Below are positions 52,001-64,000 of a DNA stretch of 64,000 bases, piece by piece. Below the pieces are notes generated by a model. The model worked only from the letters and a program-made list of their open reading frames with translations. It made no database searches and had not been told where the DNA came from. This stretch comes from Podarcis cretensis. Its lineage: Eukaryota. The first letter of the stretch is position 1. Every line of letters begins with the position of its first letter. A program made the translations under genes and the position numbers. The stretch lies in contig OX638153.1 in the NCBI GenBank assembly GCA_951804945.1, positions 45,446,001-45,510,000 on the forward strand, given 5' to 3'.

Positions 52001-53929
52001 AACAGTCCACTACAACCCTATTTCCTGTAGAGTCACAGCAAATTCAGTCTCTCTCACACAATGGATTTCATCATGCTGAACCCAACAGACAAGAAAAAAT
52101 GGCAATCATCTGGCACCTATGTTAACTGATCTATTGCGGATTCTTGACTTGTTTGAAACAACATCTGTTAATGTGCCAGATGTCGCACAGAGGGGCTTGT
52201 CAATGGCTTTGGAACTGTTTACAGTGTGCTCTCAGAAGCAACTTTCCCCCTCCTGTTCATATATGTAGCAGGCAAAGGACACTCTTTTAAAAAGCTGGCC
52301 CTAAGTTGATTGTACTGTGTCAAGGTTAAATATACAAACTTTTTATTGTTATTTAAATGATCTTATGATAATGAGATATGAGGCTCAAGGAGCAACTCAG
52401 TTATGAGAATGCCTTCAAAATTTGGCTTCAACAAGAAGATCCCATTTGGATAATGGTCAATTTGTGCAAATGGAGCCAATTTTCTGTTTTATTTATAAAA
52501 CTTTCCCTTCCCATACAAAAGCACCCAAACTTCCCTTGAAGGAAGAAATGAACAAAAGACAGAACAGAATTTGACATTTCTTCCAGGCCTCTTCTGAAAT
52601 CACATTTGGCAGGCAACCTCAAGTCTGCACAGAGCGCCTGAGAATGTGCATAGCAAAAACATTTTCAGATTTGATCTATTTTTGTTTTCTTAAGACATCT
52701 GTGCTCTCTTAGCACTCAGGACAAACCTCTGCAAACTCAAAATAAAACCCCAGCTCATAAAGACAAATTCAGCTTTGAATTAATTACCAATGAGTGGTTA
52801 ATGAATGGGCTTCTTAAGTTAAACAGCTTATAGAGAGAGAGATTAACATTTATTCAGCTCAAGGAGAAGGAAGCCTTTAAACTGGCTTTGGAACGATATT
52901 TTAAGAGTAAAATATTAGCCTCAACACACAGCACAAACACAGGGTTTGTCTGCATAAAACTACATCTGAATAAGAGCATACTATCATCTATGGCTATGAT
53001 GCACACGTGTGTAAATCAAGATTATCTCAAAAGCATCCATTCAATCCAAAGAGGTCTCCATTCAATTTGGAGGCCCCACAATGAGACTTGACACTTCAGA
53101 CACAGAACCATGACCTCAACAACCTGATTCATACTCCCTGTAAAAATATAGAGAGGACACAAAGGGCTATTCTTGCAATAGTGAAACAACTTTTTTTTCT
53201 TTATTAACCTGCTTTGCTGGTAAAACAAGCTATTGTGAATCTATGAGCTATTCAAGGTAATGTTGCTAAATTTCTTCCATTGTGTTGGTAGAGGTGGGAT
53301 CTCAAATGACCAGAGAGGTGAATATTATAGTTGGCTTAAACTTTCACATTGTGTCAAGATGTGTTAAAAATAAGGTTCTCATATGCAAACATATTTATAT
53401 AATTCTGTTCATGCCTTGTTATTCAAATAATCCCAGATCCAGCCAAGCAAAACTTTGAAACTGAAGGTGGCAGGCGGGAGTAACTGTTTTTAATATCAGC
53501 ATGAAAGCAAATGATTAAACAACAGTAACAACAGACAGACCATTAATTCAGTTTGAGATTCAGTTGTCTGTGGGCTTGAAGACTTCAACAAATGAAATCA
53601 CATAGCATTCTCAGAGTAAAGGTATTATTTATTGCAAGCATTAATTGCAAACTCCTTTTACATGAAAATGAAGCCAGGTACCTTTATTAATCCTGTACGC
53701 ACTTTTTAAATGGAAAAGGCAATATATTTTAATTAAATATATGTCGTATTTGGTTACCAACCAGACTTTTCATAGCTGCAATATATGTTACTGCATTCTT
53801 TTTTTTTCTGACAAAGAGAATGTGAAAAACTGCAGTATCTAATAGTGTAATGGCCACATCACACATTGAGTTTCTTATATGGACACAATCTTTGTGTAGT
53901 TGTCTAAGACTTCTGCAAGGGTTCCTGGC

Positions 53930-55145
53930 CTAGTGCAGATATAACCATATTAGTGTTAACCAGAGTGTGTTTCCTTAACCCTATTAAGATTTAAAATGTA
54001 TAGTGAACAATGGTTTAGCTTGCCTAAGCTAAGCTTTCCTCCCTGAGGGAATAAGTGGAAAGATGATAAAAAAGTAATTAAACTGTGAACTGATTTGGAC
54101 ATAATGTTTAAATAGGGTTAAGCATGACTTTAACAAGTCTGGGGCATGCACACTCTCCTCTCCCCATTCCTCCTCTTGCACAGCCACAAGGAGGAAGTAA
54201 GAAACATCTCTTTCCACTTTTAAACTAACCAGAATTCTCTATTAGGTTTAAACCCAGGGAACAACCCAGGTTCATAAGTCATAGTTTGATCCTGGGTGAT
54301 TTGAACTAACCATAGTTAAAACTAACCAGAGCTTCTTGAGTTCTGACCTAAAGGGAAACTCTGGAAAGTATAAAAATGGAAGCAAACACTTCCAATCTCC
54401 TTTTCATGGTCATGCTCCCAGAGGAGGAGAAGAGGAGAGCGAAAGCCTACGTTTCAGTCACATAATACAAAATTATAGTTTAGTGTTACATTAAAAAAGC
54501 TCTTATTCCTTTAGTTCTGGTTTGCACCCTCTTGGTAGTTCCTCCGCACTCAGTTCAGAGGGTGGTGGCCTGAGAGGGCATTCTCTGTGGCACAGAGGGT
54601 GCACCTTCATTATACAGGTTCCAGCAAATGCGGATGACACACCTCTTTACCCTGGCTTTTGACACTTCAGGCAAATATTGTCACAACCCAGCTTATTTCT
54701 GTCATAAACTGTTTTTAATATTGTGTTTTAGTGTCGTAACCCACTCTGGGACCTTAGGGTGAAGGGTGAGTATGAAATAAATAAATAAAATTTGAATGAG
54801 TTGCAATCCTCAGGCTCATGCACTCTCTCCTCTTTTGGTGCAACCACAGGGAGGAGACGGGAAGCTTCCATTTCCAACTAACCATGGTTACTTGTGCTCA
54901 GCTATGACTTAGGGAAACCAGTTAACTTGAAACCATGGTTAATGATTCTGGTCTGTTTCCCTAAATCGTAATTAATCCTGACCACAGTTCTCATTCAGCC
55001 ATAACCAGTTAGTTGAAAACAGCTGTAGGAGCTTATGATCTCCTCCTTACAGCCACAAGAGGGGAAAAGACAGGATGGGGGAGTACATGAATCTGAGGCC
55101 TGGCCTGGGTACATAACACTAAGTGATGGCTTTCATCTTATATGT
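53930..55145. mobile_element. Cluster of old palindromic repeats (aaccatggtt/aaccatagtt-rich) with an L2 3' end at about 54520-54790
   Basis: Recurring aacca(t/g)...tggtt motifs, also seen at about 1850-2090 and 45015-45190. L2-like tail gtaacccactctgggacctt...aaataaataaataaa. Confidence 0.5.
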
Positions 55146-55189
55146 GAGTTAGGCCACTTGTTTAAATATTGTTAAGTACTGAGCCGCTG

Positions 55190-55540
55190 GGGACGCGGGT
55201 GGCGCTGTGGGTTAAACCACAGAGCCTAGGACTTGCCGATCAGAAGGTTGGCAGTTCAAATCCCCGGGACGGGGTGAACTCCTGTTGTTCAGTCCCTGCT
55301 CCTGCAAACCTAGCAGTTCGAAAGCACATCAAAGTGTAGGTAGATAAATAGGTACCGCTCCAGTGGGAAGGTAAACGGCATTTCCGTGCGCTGCTGTGAT
55401 ACACCAGAAGCGGCTTAGTCATGCTGGCCACATGACCCGGAAGCTGTACGCTGACTCCCTCAGCCAATAAAGTGAGATGAGCGCTGCAACCCCAGAGTCA
55501 TCCACGACTGGACCTAACGGTTAGGGGTACCTTTACCTTT
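55190..55540 (+). mobile_element. Sauria SINE (Squam1), full length
   Basis: gggacgcgggtggcgctgtggg head, tacctttaccttt tail, and 12-bp TSD actgagccgctg/actgagctgctg differing at one CpG. Confidence 0.95.
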
Positions 55541-58500
55541 ACTGAGCTGCTGTGATTCAGCAGCTTCTTTCTGATACCAGCGGAATTGCCAAAAATGTAA
55601 TTGCCTTCATGTGCTATGCTATTGTGTTAACAGCATAGATTGTATATTTTAATATGTCTCTCTCAGATGATCCATAACGAGAGTTTGACTGATCCTGAAA
55701 TACTGGCTTACTGAAACATTATGTATTATAAAGATGTTACAAACAGAAGCAAGTAGCGTAAAAAGCATGGCTGCAATCCTTCCACTATCTAATGCGAAGG
55801 CCAGCTTAAAGGATATCCAGGCAATTAAAATGTTTTTGTAAGTGTTAATTACATCTGACTTAATTAACTAATGACTGATTGATCTTTTGATCACATTAGG
55901 TTCATAAGTGCAATTGTCTTAACAGAAGTATGGATTACAATCATTGTCTAATTAAACAAAACAAAAAAAAGTAGCTTATATTAGCAGCCAAACACAGATT
56001 TAATAGTTCTTTAGGGTCATTTTGTTAAAGTATATTAATGTGCTGGCTAAAGTCCCCTGTGATCAGCATTCCTCATGTACTTTAACATTAGCTAGAATAG
56101 TTTTTTGGGGGCTGCAGTCATTCTGACCTTAATTTGCAAGCATTAACTTCATTGATTTCCTCAGGATACAGTGGCCCAATGGAAAACAACACACATTCTT
56201 ATATTCAAGATCACTAATGAACTAATGCAGTTTATATAGATGCATTTTCTCACAGCACTGGCAGAACATTTGCTGCATGGAGGGTTACTTCTCTTCATGT
56301 ACAGAAGGGTGGGTGCAGACTGGTAATCAGGAGTTATGCTTGCATGATGCTTAATCACAAAGACCACGTGTGGCCAAGCAAGCTGTGGGAAGAAGGCATT
56401 TATTTAACCTCCACATATGTATTAAACACTAAAGCCCTGATCAGGAGAATAAAGTACAGATCAAAAGGAGAGAGACCTCGAAGAGCAGGTCAAGATTAAC
56501 AAGCATTAGCCAAGCAGCTAGAACAGAGTGCAGCTGTGCCTTTTACACAGCCTGTGATTCACGCCAGGGCTAACTATTCTTACCCAGGGCTCAAAGGAAG
56601 TGGCCTAGTTTCTTCAAACTTTTTAGATGCCAAAGTAAAGGAGTTAACTATTTCTGGGCCTGAAGCAGATAACTTGCAACCATAGGTAAGGCCATTACTA
56701 GGAAAAGATTGCTTTACAGAAGTCCAACTCAGGAAGGCAGTAGTAATCAGGAAGCTTACAGCTGGCATTTTAGTGCCTGCTGTAAGATTGCTTACTCTGT
56801 TGTACATCGCAATTGCTTCTGATTTGATTTGCTTGCGTCATTTTGTTTTAATGCAGTTTGAGCACTTATGCATTAAAATATGAGAGCGGTGTGTTTGAAA
56901 CAGTCACTAACTAAAAGTTGTTCTCATTTATTATCTTCTAAGGTTAAGGATGGGGTCACCCACATAAGCTGTTTTCCATTACAGTTTAAAGTAATTGCCT
57001 ACAACCAGGAGCAAAGAAAATGTCATGGGAAAATGACTGTCTCCACTAGAACACTTATCTATTGAGTGCTAGACACACTGTGTCTCAAGTCAACTGCATG
57101 TACCAAAAGGAAGGAAAGCCCCCTGCAGAAACCATATTACACCACTGGATGATGGTGACCAGAAACTATATTCCCCATCTCCAAACACAAGCTGCTTGGA
57201 TGCTTAGTTAAAGAACCGATTCATGCTTTTGACAAATGTGGATAAGAACTCAAAGCTTGTGATAAGCTTAAGCTTATACACAGCTATATCATGTGCACCA
57301 ATGGGAAAGGAAAAGTATGTGTTCAGAAGAAGTGCATGGATCATTTTCATCAATGTAGGCAACTGTAGGAAGCATTCAAGATGGAAGTGTGGGGCTTAAA
57401 TGGAATTGTGCTCACTGTGCTCATGCAAATTATCAGCAATCCAGATCCCAGCGTGAATCTCTGAAACTGTTGTGATTTGGGGGAAGTACAAACCAAAGCC
57501 AGTTCATGCTACAGCAGGGAACTGGGCAGGAAGGTTAGTTCTTAAGAAATGGTACATGATAGTGGGATTGCACATTCTATGCACACTTAAAGCCTCTTTG
57601 GAGTTCCCCCAAAGAATCCTGGGAACTGTAGTCTGTGAAGTTCTGTGAGGGGGAACTACAGTCCCCAGGAATCTATAGGGAATCTACCCGCTTTAAATGT
57701 GCACTGGATGTGTTTTAAGTCTGTGGTGTGGATCTGTCTTTAGTCTGTTGGTATAGACTGAAAAGACTACATATATATTGAGAAATCACCTAAAACTACC
57801 CACAGTAGCTTTATGCTTCCACAGGTTATCATTTTGTATACTATCTATGCTTAAATGCAAAATTATGTTTTAAATATACAAAGTTAAAAACAATTATTAT
57901 GTGAACCAAACATGGGCATGTTCACATTACCACCTTATAGTGCATACATAATGCATTTTGGATAACCTCATGTGAACACAGATTACAAACCAGAACTAGG
58001 CACCTATGCACAGTAAACAGGAGTGTGAACACAACCTATATTTCCTTGTGAAGAGTTTTATAGCAGCCCAGAAGATGCAAGATGCATCAAAAACTCAAGG
58101 GTTGAGCAAGATAAAAAACACATTAAGAGATCAAGGCTATAAACAAAAGTATCAAGGATGCTATTAAATTGACTGAAATGGGAGGAAGGGGGGACTCTGG
58201 CATAAGCCTGTTTTTGTTGCTGTTGTTTAATGTATTAGAAAAAGGCCTCTTTGGACACAGAGTCACTTTTCTACCCAAGCAGTTGAAGACACCAAAAGAA
58301 GCTATTTCAAAAATACTTCATTTTAATGCAATACGGTGAGTCTAGCAGTCAGTTATCTACATCCAGCTATATATGCAGGAGGAGGTCAAGGGTTAGCCTT
58401 CCTTTCCTCAAGTTGTTATTGCGGCTATATCCCTTTCTACTTAAATATCTGCCATGGCGGTGCAATGACAGCATGAACTCGTCTATAGTTTGTTTAGCCA

Positions 58501-58849
58501 CTGTTAATCTCCTTATAAATGCTCTTGGCATATTGGATAAAGCAATACTTAGTGAAGGCAATCTCATTAGTAGGCTGGGTTTTGTTTAACAGAATTGACT
58601 ACTTTTTCACATCATGTTGTTACCAGTCTTTTTTTTAGCTGCTGCTAATGGTAGTGGACAAATGTGAGCATTGCAAGCTCTGATTTGTTTTCTTTTTTTA
58701 CCAGAACCTTGAGATGTGGAGAGGTAATTGACATTAAAGTATACAATCCCTTTAAACACATATGGTCAGCCTAATAATTTATTTCAATTTCTAGCTCTGA
58801 GCTCACAGCCCTTTCACACCCAGATCCCCTCACAGCAGTTGGCAAGAAT

Positions 58850-60675
58850 GTGTCTTGAGGGGGAGGGAGAAAACAATATGAACGACAAAAGAGCACCTGG
58901 CACTGGGGATAGTAGCTTCATTGATGCCCAGGAAACTGAGGTGGTGCTCCAGAAACCTGCTAAAGGGCAAGAAACGACAGGAAGGAAGCAGTTCATAGTT
59001 TCAGTTGTCTCTACAGGAATGCACAGAGTATGGGAAACAAACAAGATGAACTTGAGCTTTTAATACAGGATGGCAAATATGACCTGGTAGGCATTACTGA
59101 AACCTGGTGGGATGAGACTCATGACCGGAATGTAGAAATCGAGGGGTACAACCTGTTCAAAAGGAATAGACCAAACAGGAAGGGCGGGGGGGGGGAGTAG
59201 CATTGTATATAAAGGATGTGTACACTTGTGAAGAAATCCATGACCTAGAAAAGCATGAAAAGCAGATTGAGAGTATATGGGTAAAAATTGTAGGAGAGAG
59301 AAACAACAGTGACCTTACTCATAGAATCATAGAATCATAGAGTTGGAAGAGACCACAAGGGCCATCGAGTCCAACCCCCTGCCAAGCAGGAAACACCATC
59401 AGAGTGGGTGTCTGCTATAAACTGCCAAGCCAGACTGAAGACTTCAATGATGCCTTACTACAGCAGATTACCAAGCATTCAAAAAAGGAGAATTTAGTAA
59501 TCATGGGGGACTTCAACTTTCCTGATATCTGTTGGGACTCAAACTCTGTCAAGAGTGTAAGATCTGACAAATTCCTCCATTGCGTCACTGACAATTTCAT
59601 TTCCCAGAAGGTGGAAGAACTAACAAGGGGATCATCTATCTTGGACCTGATCCACACCAATAGGGAGGAACTGATTGATGAAGTGGAAGTGCTCTGAAAC
59701 TTGGGAGGAAGTGATCATGCTCTCCTGGGTTTCAGCATACAGAGACAAGGGGAAACTGAGTGTAGTCTGACACGTACTCTGAACTTTAAGAAGGCCAATT
59801 TTGAAAACCTGAAGGAGCTACTGGGTGTGATCCCATGGTCAGAAGCTCAAGGAGAAGGGAATCCAATAAGTGTGGGTGTTTCTAAAGGAGAAATATTGAA
59901 GCCCCAAATGCAGACAATATCAACAAGAAAGAAAAGTGGGAAGCATCTAAGGAAACCAGTGTGGCTACATAAAGAGCTTATAAATGAGCTGAGGGTTAAG
60001 AAGGCCATGTATAAGAAATGGAAGAAAGGGGAAATCACAAAAAAGGAATATACACAAGTAGCCAACAGTTGCAGGGGGAAAGTCAGGCTGGCTAAAGCTC
60101 AGAATGAGCTCAGGCTTGCAAGAGAGGTTAAAAATAAAAATAAAAGGTTTCTTCAGCTATGTCTGAAGTAACAGGAAGAACAAGCAAGTGATAGGTTCTC
60201 TGTGTGGGGAACACAGAGAAATGATATTGGGTAACAGAGAAAAGGTTGAACTACTCAACACCTACTTTGCCTCTGTCTTCACCCAAAAGGAAAGTGATGC
60301 CCAACTTGGTGATAACAGAATAAATGATGTAAGGAGGGAGATGCAGCCCAAGATAGGAAAAGAGGTAGTAAGGGAACACCTGGCTATTTTAAATGAATTC
60401 AAATCTCCAGGGCCTGATGAGCTGCATCCAAGGGTACTAAAGGAGTTTGCAGATGTAATTTTAGAGCCCTTGCCTTCATGCTTGCCTATAAATCTTTCTG
60501 ACAGTAAGAGCTGTTCAGCAGTGGAACAGACTCCAGTAAGAGGTGGTGGACTCTCCTTCCTTGGAGGTTTTTAAACAGAGGTTGGATGGCATCTGTCATA
60601 GATGCTTTAGATGAGATTCCTGCATCGCAGGGGGTTGGACTAGATGACTCTTGACAACTCTAAGAGTCTATGATT
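58850..60675 (+). mobile_element. CR1 LINE: endonuclease domain, linker and 3' end present, RT core missing, frameshifted
   Basis: CLYRNAQSMGNKQDELEL, LVGITETWWDETHD, MGDFNFPDICW, SDH, KSPGPDELHPRVLKE, then an abrupt jump to the FLTVRAVQQWNRL-type 3' end and tail. The 5' boundary is approximate. Confidence 0.93.
59320..59403 (-). mobile_element. Young CR1 3' fragment (84 bp) nested antisense in the older CR1
   Basis: Its reverse complement is identical to 5631-5701 over 71 bp. Removing it restores ...NNSDLT|VGVCY.... Confidence 0.9.
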
Positions 60676-63600
60676 TTTACTATGGCAGCAAAGACAGTCC
60701 TAAAACACTAACGCAGGTGGACTCCTCCTCCTCACTTCTCTCATGACTTTGGCATTGTTTATCAAAATCCTTCTCACCAAAATGAGGGTTAAAAAAAATT
60801 ATACTAAAAAAGTTTACATCTGAAAATCTCAGATGTGACTAGCACCATGGTGGAAAATGACAACCATGAAGGCGATATCATCTGTTCTTCCACAACTACG
60901 TCAATACCATGGAGTTAGTGTACTTCATGAGACAACCCATAGTAGTGTGTTGATCTGTGCCTGAACTAGGTCAAATTAGATGTTGCAGATATTAGCATCA
61001 ACATGTAATTGTGTTCCCGTTAGATTGCCAAAAGCCTGGGAGGAGAGAACATTTTTAAAAGTGCGCACACACAAGCATAGGATCAGAACATGACACAGCC
61101 AGTTTGTATTGAAGAAGTTGGAACATGGAGCCAAAGGAATTCAGATAAAATGGTCCTGCCAAGGCAATGTGCCTAAGCACAGACATGCAGAAATGTGGAT
61201 GAGGTCAAAGGGTATTCTGTCTCAATCTGCTCGTTAAGAGTCTGTTCTGTAATTAAAGCCTCTTGTTGGAGAAAGAGGAGAGGTGAACAGCTATTATTCA
61301 GGGCCAGGCAGAGAAGCAAAGCCTTATTAGAGATGGTTTTAAAGGAAGTCTCTCTGCTGATAGCCATGGTGTTTGTACAGGCAGATGCTTGCAAGTTGAG
61401 TTGTATACAGTTCATGGAAACAGACGCAGACCTGCTATGCAGTTTAGGAAGAGAGCAGCTATTTCAGAGATTTTATGAAAAATGAAAAACAAAAGATTCT
61501 TGCCCTTAAGAGTAAAATGATATTATGCCAACATTGTTTTAAATATCTACAAAGATCTCAAAAAGCAAAACAAAAAAATGGAGAGGGGGTGTTCAAGTGT
61601 GGGGCTTCTCAAGCAATTAAAAAGATGTGGAATTGTTAACGAGAGGTATGTGATGTATGATTCCGTTTGAAAAACAGCAACAACCATGTTAGCGCTACAA
61701 TTTAAAGAGCTGTCAACAGCTTTTGCAAAACGCTCGACATTGCTGGCAATGATATCGGTTAAAGACCCACCCAGAAGAACACCTAGCAATCCAGATGCAG
61801 CATGCGAAAAGCATTTTGAAAGTATGCGCATTCTGAATATATCCTTTAACCCCAAGCGGGACCTGAGCACAAGAGCACTCTTCCACTCCTGCAGTTTCAT
61901 GCAGCTGGTATTCAGAAGCATCCTATTTCCAACCAAGGAGGCACAGCATATTCTCCATCATGGCTCCTCCATAACCATCAGAATGCTTCCTAAGCAAGGC
62001 AGAGTATTCACTGTGTTTAAAATGAATAAATTCGCCCTGTAGTAAGCGTGAATTCAGGACCAAGAAAAGCTGGATTCTAAAAACTCTCCGAACATTTAAG
62101 CAGGTTAAATTATTTTGCAACGTTTCTTTTGCTTATCACACTACAAGACAAAGAATGGTACAGGGCACTGACATGTGAACGGCAGAAATCTAGCCTCAGA
62201 TTCTTCTCCAGTTTCTAACATTTCACCAAGCACTGGCCATACATTTTCAAGCCTATCTCTGAAGTTTAACAGATGAGATCAAAAGGGGTGGGATGGAGAA
62301 AAACCAATATTTTCCAGGTTATTAATTCTATACCCATTACCTATTTCTGTACTTCAGTGGGTACATACAAAGCTTTACACTTCATAATATTAAGTCAAAT
62401 TTAATATCTGTTAGACTTTGCCATATGATCTGGGCTATAAGAAGAGGTGTAGGTGAAGGATCTTCACCTGTTTTCATGGGAAGAATACCTCTTGCTTTCT
62501 TCCTGACAGGCCATCAATGCCAATAAGCAGCAAATTATTGATGCACACACTAGGCGATGTACCCATTCTCTAACCTATCCTCCACTGCAAACCATGTATC
62601 CCCAGCATAAAACTTCTCCCCTTTGAGCAGAAAACAGCTGAAAACCAGAAGAGATGAGCTCTATCCTTGGTGAACCATGTCCAAATATTGGTCTCTCGGT
62701 TTCTCATTTTGTCTTAAAACATTTCGACGGCAGCATACAACCCAGGAAGAATATCAGAATATGCAACGGTCCATTAACATCACCTGACCTTAATCTAACA
62801 TAGAAAAGTGTATGGCAGATGTGCTATCAGTAGAGAATAATTACCGTATATGAACATAAGCAATATGATTTAATGGGGAATGTGTGAATTTATAAATTTC
62901 TTTGAAATCCAGATTTTCATTGGAAGGTCCAGCACAGCTAATCCTGTTAGCGATCGGATTTAGGCAACGAGATGAGAAGCAACACAATAACACACATGGC
63001 GCTTCATCTCTCCGAGCTAATTTTCATGCAGTGATATTTTTAGATAAAAAGGCACCACTTCACTTTCTTGTGAGAGCAATAATAATAGATAAACAAAAGG
63101 AACTACAAACATACCTCCCCTGTGGTTTATATTCCTGGTAAGATATACCCTAGCAAAATGCAATGGTGAAAGGGAATATGTTTATGTAATAAAATCCCTT
63201 TGAAATAGCTCTTGATCCTTATGAGCTTTCTCAAAGAAACAGGGCAAATTGTGAGATTTATATTGTGTGTGTTAAATATTCATAGGGATTTTTGTGATTT
63301 TCATCCTATGATTAAGCTTTGTTACCAACTGACCATACTTACCTCTGCATAATTTCTCTTACGATTATTTTTTTCCAATGTTTGAACAAGATTATATATA
63401 CATTTATGTAAATGTACATCTGTGAGCATACAGCACATTACCAGAGCAGGTCTATTCTCAAAGGTTTCATAATGAATAAGACTCGCAACAACAGATTGGT
63501 TTGAGGAACAGAGTCTATGAGATTAGCTGCCCACTTACACTGGTACAGACCTAGTGAAGCCTATAGGACTACACCGGTGTAAGCAGCCTGTGAATGGAGC

Positions 63601-64000
63601 AGCCCATAAGCACATAGCTGTATCTTCTGGGCATAGGAACAGATCTGATAGAAAAATGAGTCTCCCTGACACTGTTGTGTGCTGCGGTGTGATTACCATA
63701 GAAATATGCAGCAGGGCAACTTAAAGTGTATGTAAGTCCATAAAGCTCCAGGAAAAGAATGGGCTCCTTTTAGCATATGAATTGCTGTTGCTCAGGGACC
63801 AAGCTTTCAATCGCAAGTCAATTTAAGAGGTTTTTTTAATCTCCCAGATGGCAGTCGCTCTAGGAAAATCAAACTATAAGGGCTTGCTGCATTACTATAA
63901 ATGGTGAATTGCACAGCCCAAGAAAGATTATTTATTTATTCATCCTTAAATGCATGAAGAGCCAAACCCAGTCTGCCTTACTCATGAACATTTATTATAG

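Larger units (their letters stand above)
15961..64000 (-). other. LHPP: Last intron of LHPP (>48 kb, extends beyond the window)
   Basis: The preceding LHPP exon (AVMIGDD...VRTGKFR-like) was not seen in the window. Human LHPP also has a very large last intron. Confidence 0.8.

Noticed and set aside
61547-61936. Resemblance of AASGLLGVLLGG...NVERFAKAVDSSL to a viral fusion peptide plus heptad (endogenous env)
   Set aside because: No furin site before it, no LQNRxxLD/CX6CC motif after it, and no other retroviral parts nearby. Paired sense/antisense ORFs in this register arise simply from shared TA depletion.

Overview
Vertebrate nuclear DNA, almost certainly a squamate and probably a lacertid lizard, judging from the Sauria/Squam SINEs and the BovB, CR1, L2 and MITE content. 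It is not prokaryotic. The window holds the convergent 3' ends of two genes. FAM53B has its last coding exon on + at 47-412 and a long 3' UTR to about 7220. LHPP has its last coding exon on - at 15864-15960, which is absent from the ORF track. Everything from 15961 to the end of the window is the >48 kb last intron of LHPP, filled with transposable elements, microsatellites and TE-free blocks that look like conserved non-coding elements. There is a 151-nt assembly gap at 8775-8925. I found no convincing new multi-gene system. The best leads are (1) a perfect 56-bp inverted repeat flanking a 262-bp homeobox-motif-rich spacer at 22841-23214, (2) a candidate alternative terminal exon of LHPP near 21650-22143, (3) a MITE carrying a hierarchical 8/24-bp repeat array, (4) three ultra-short CR1 3'-tail insertions that are identical over their shared core, and several nested insertions. 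Gene and repeat names come from my recall of the families, not from database searches.
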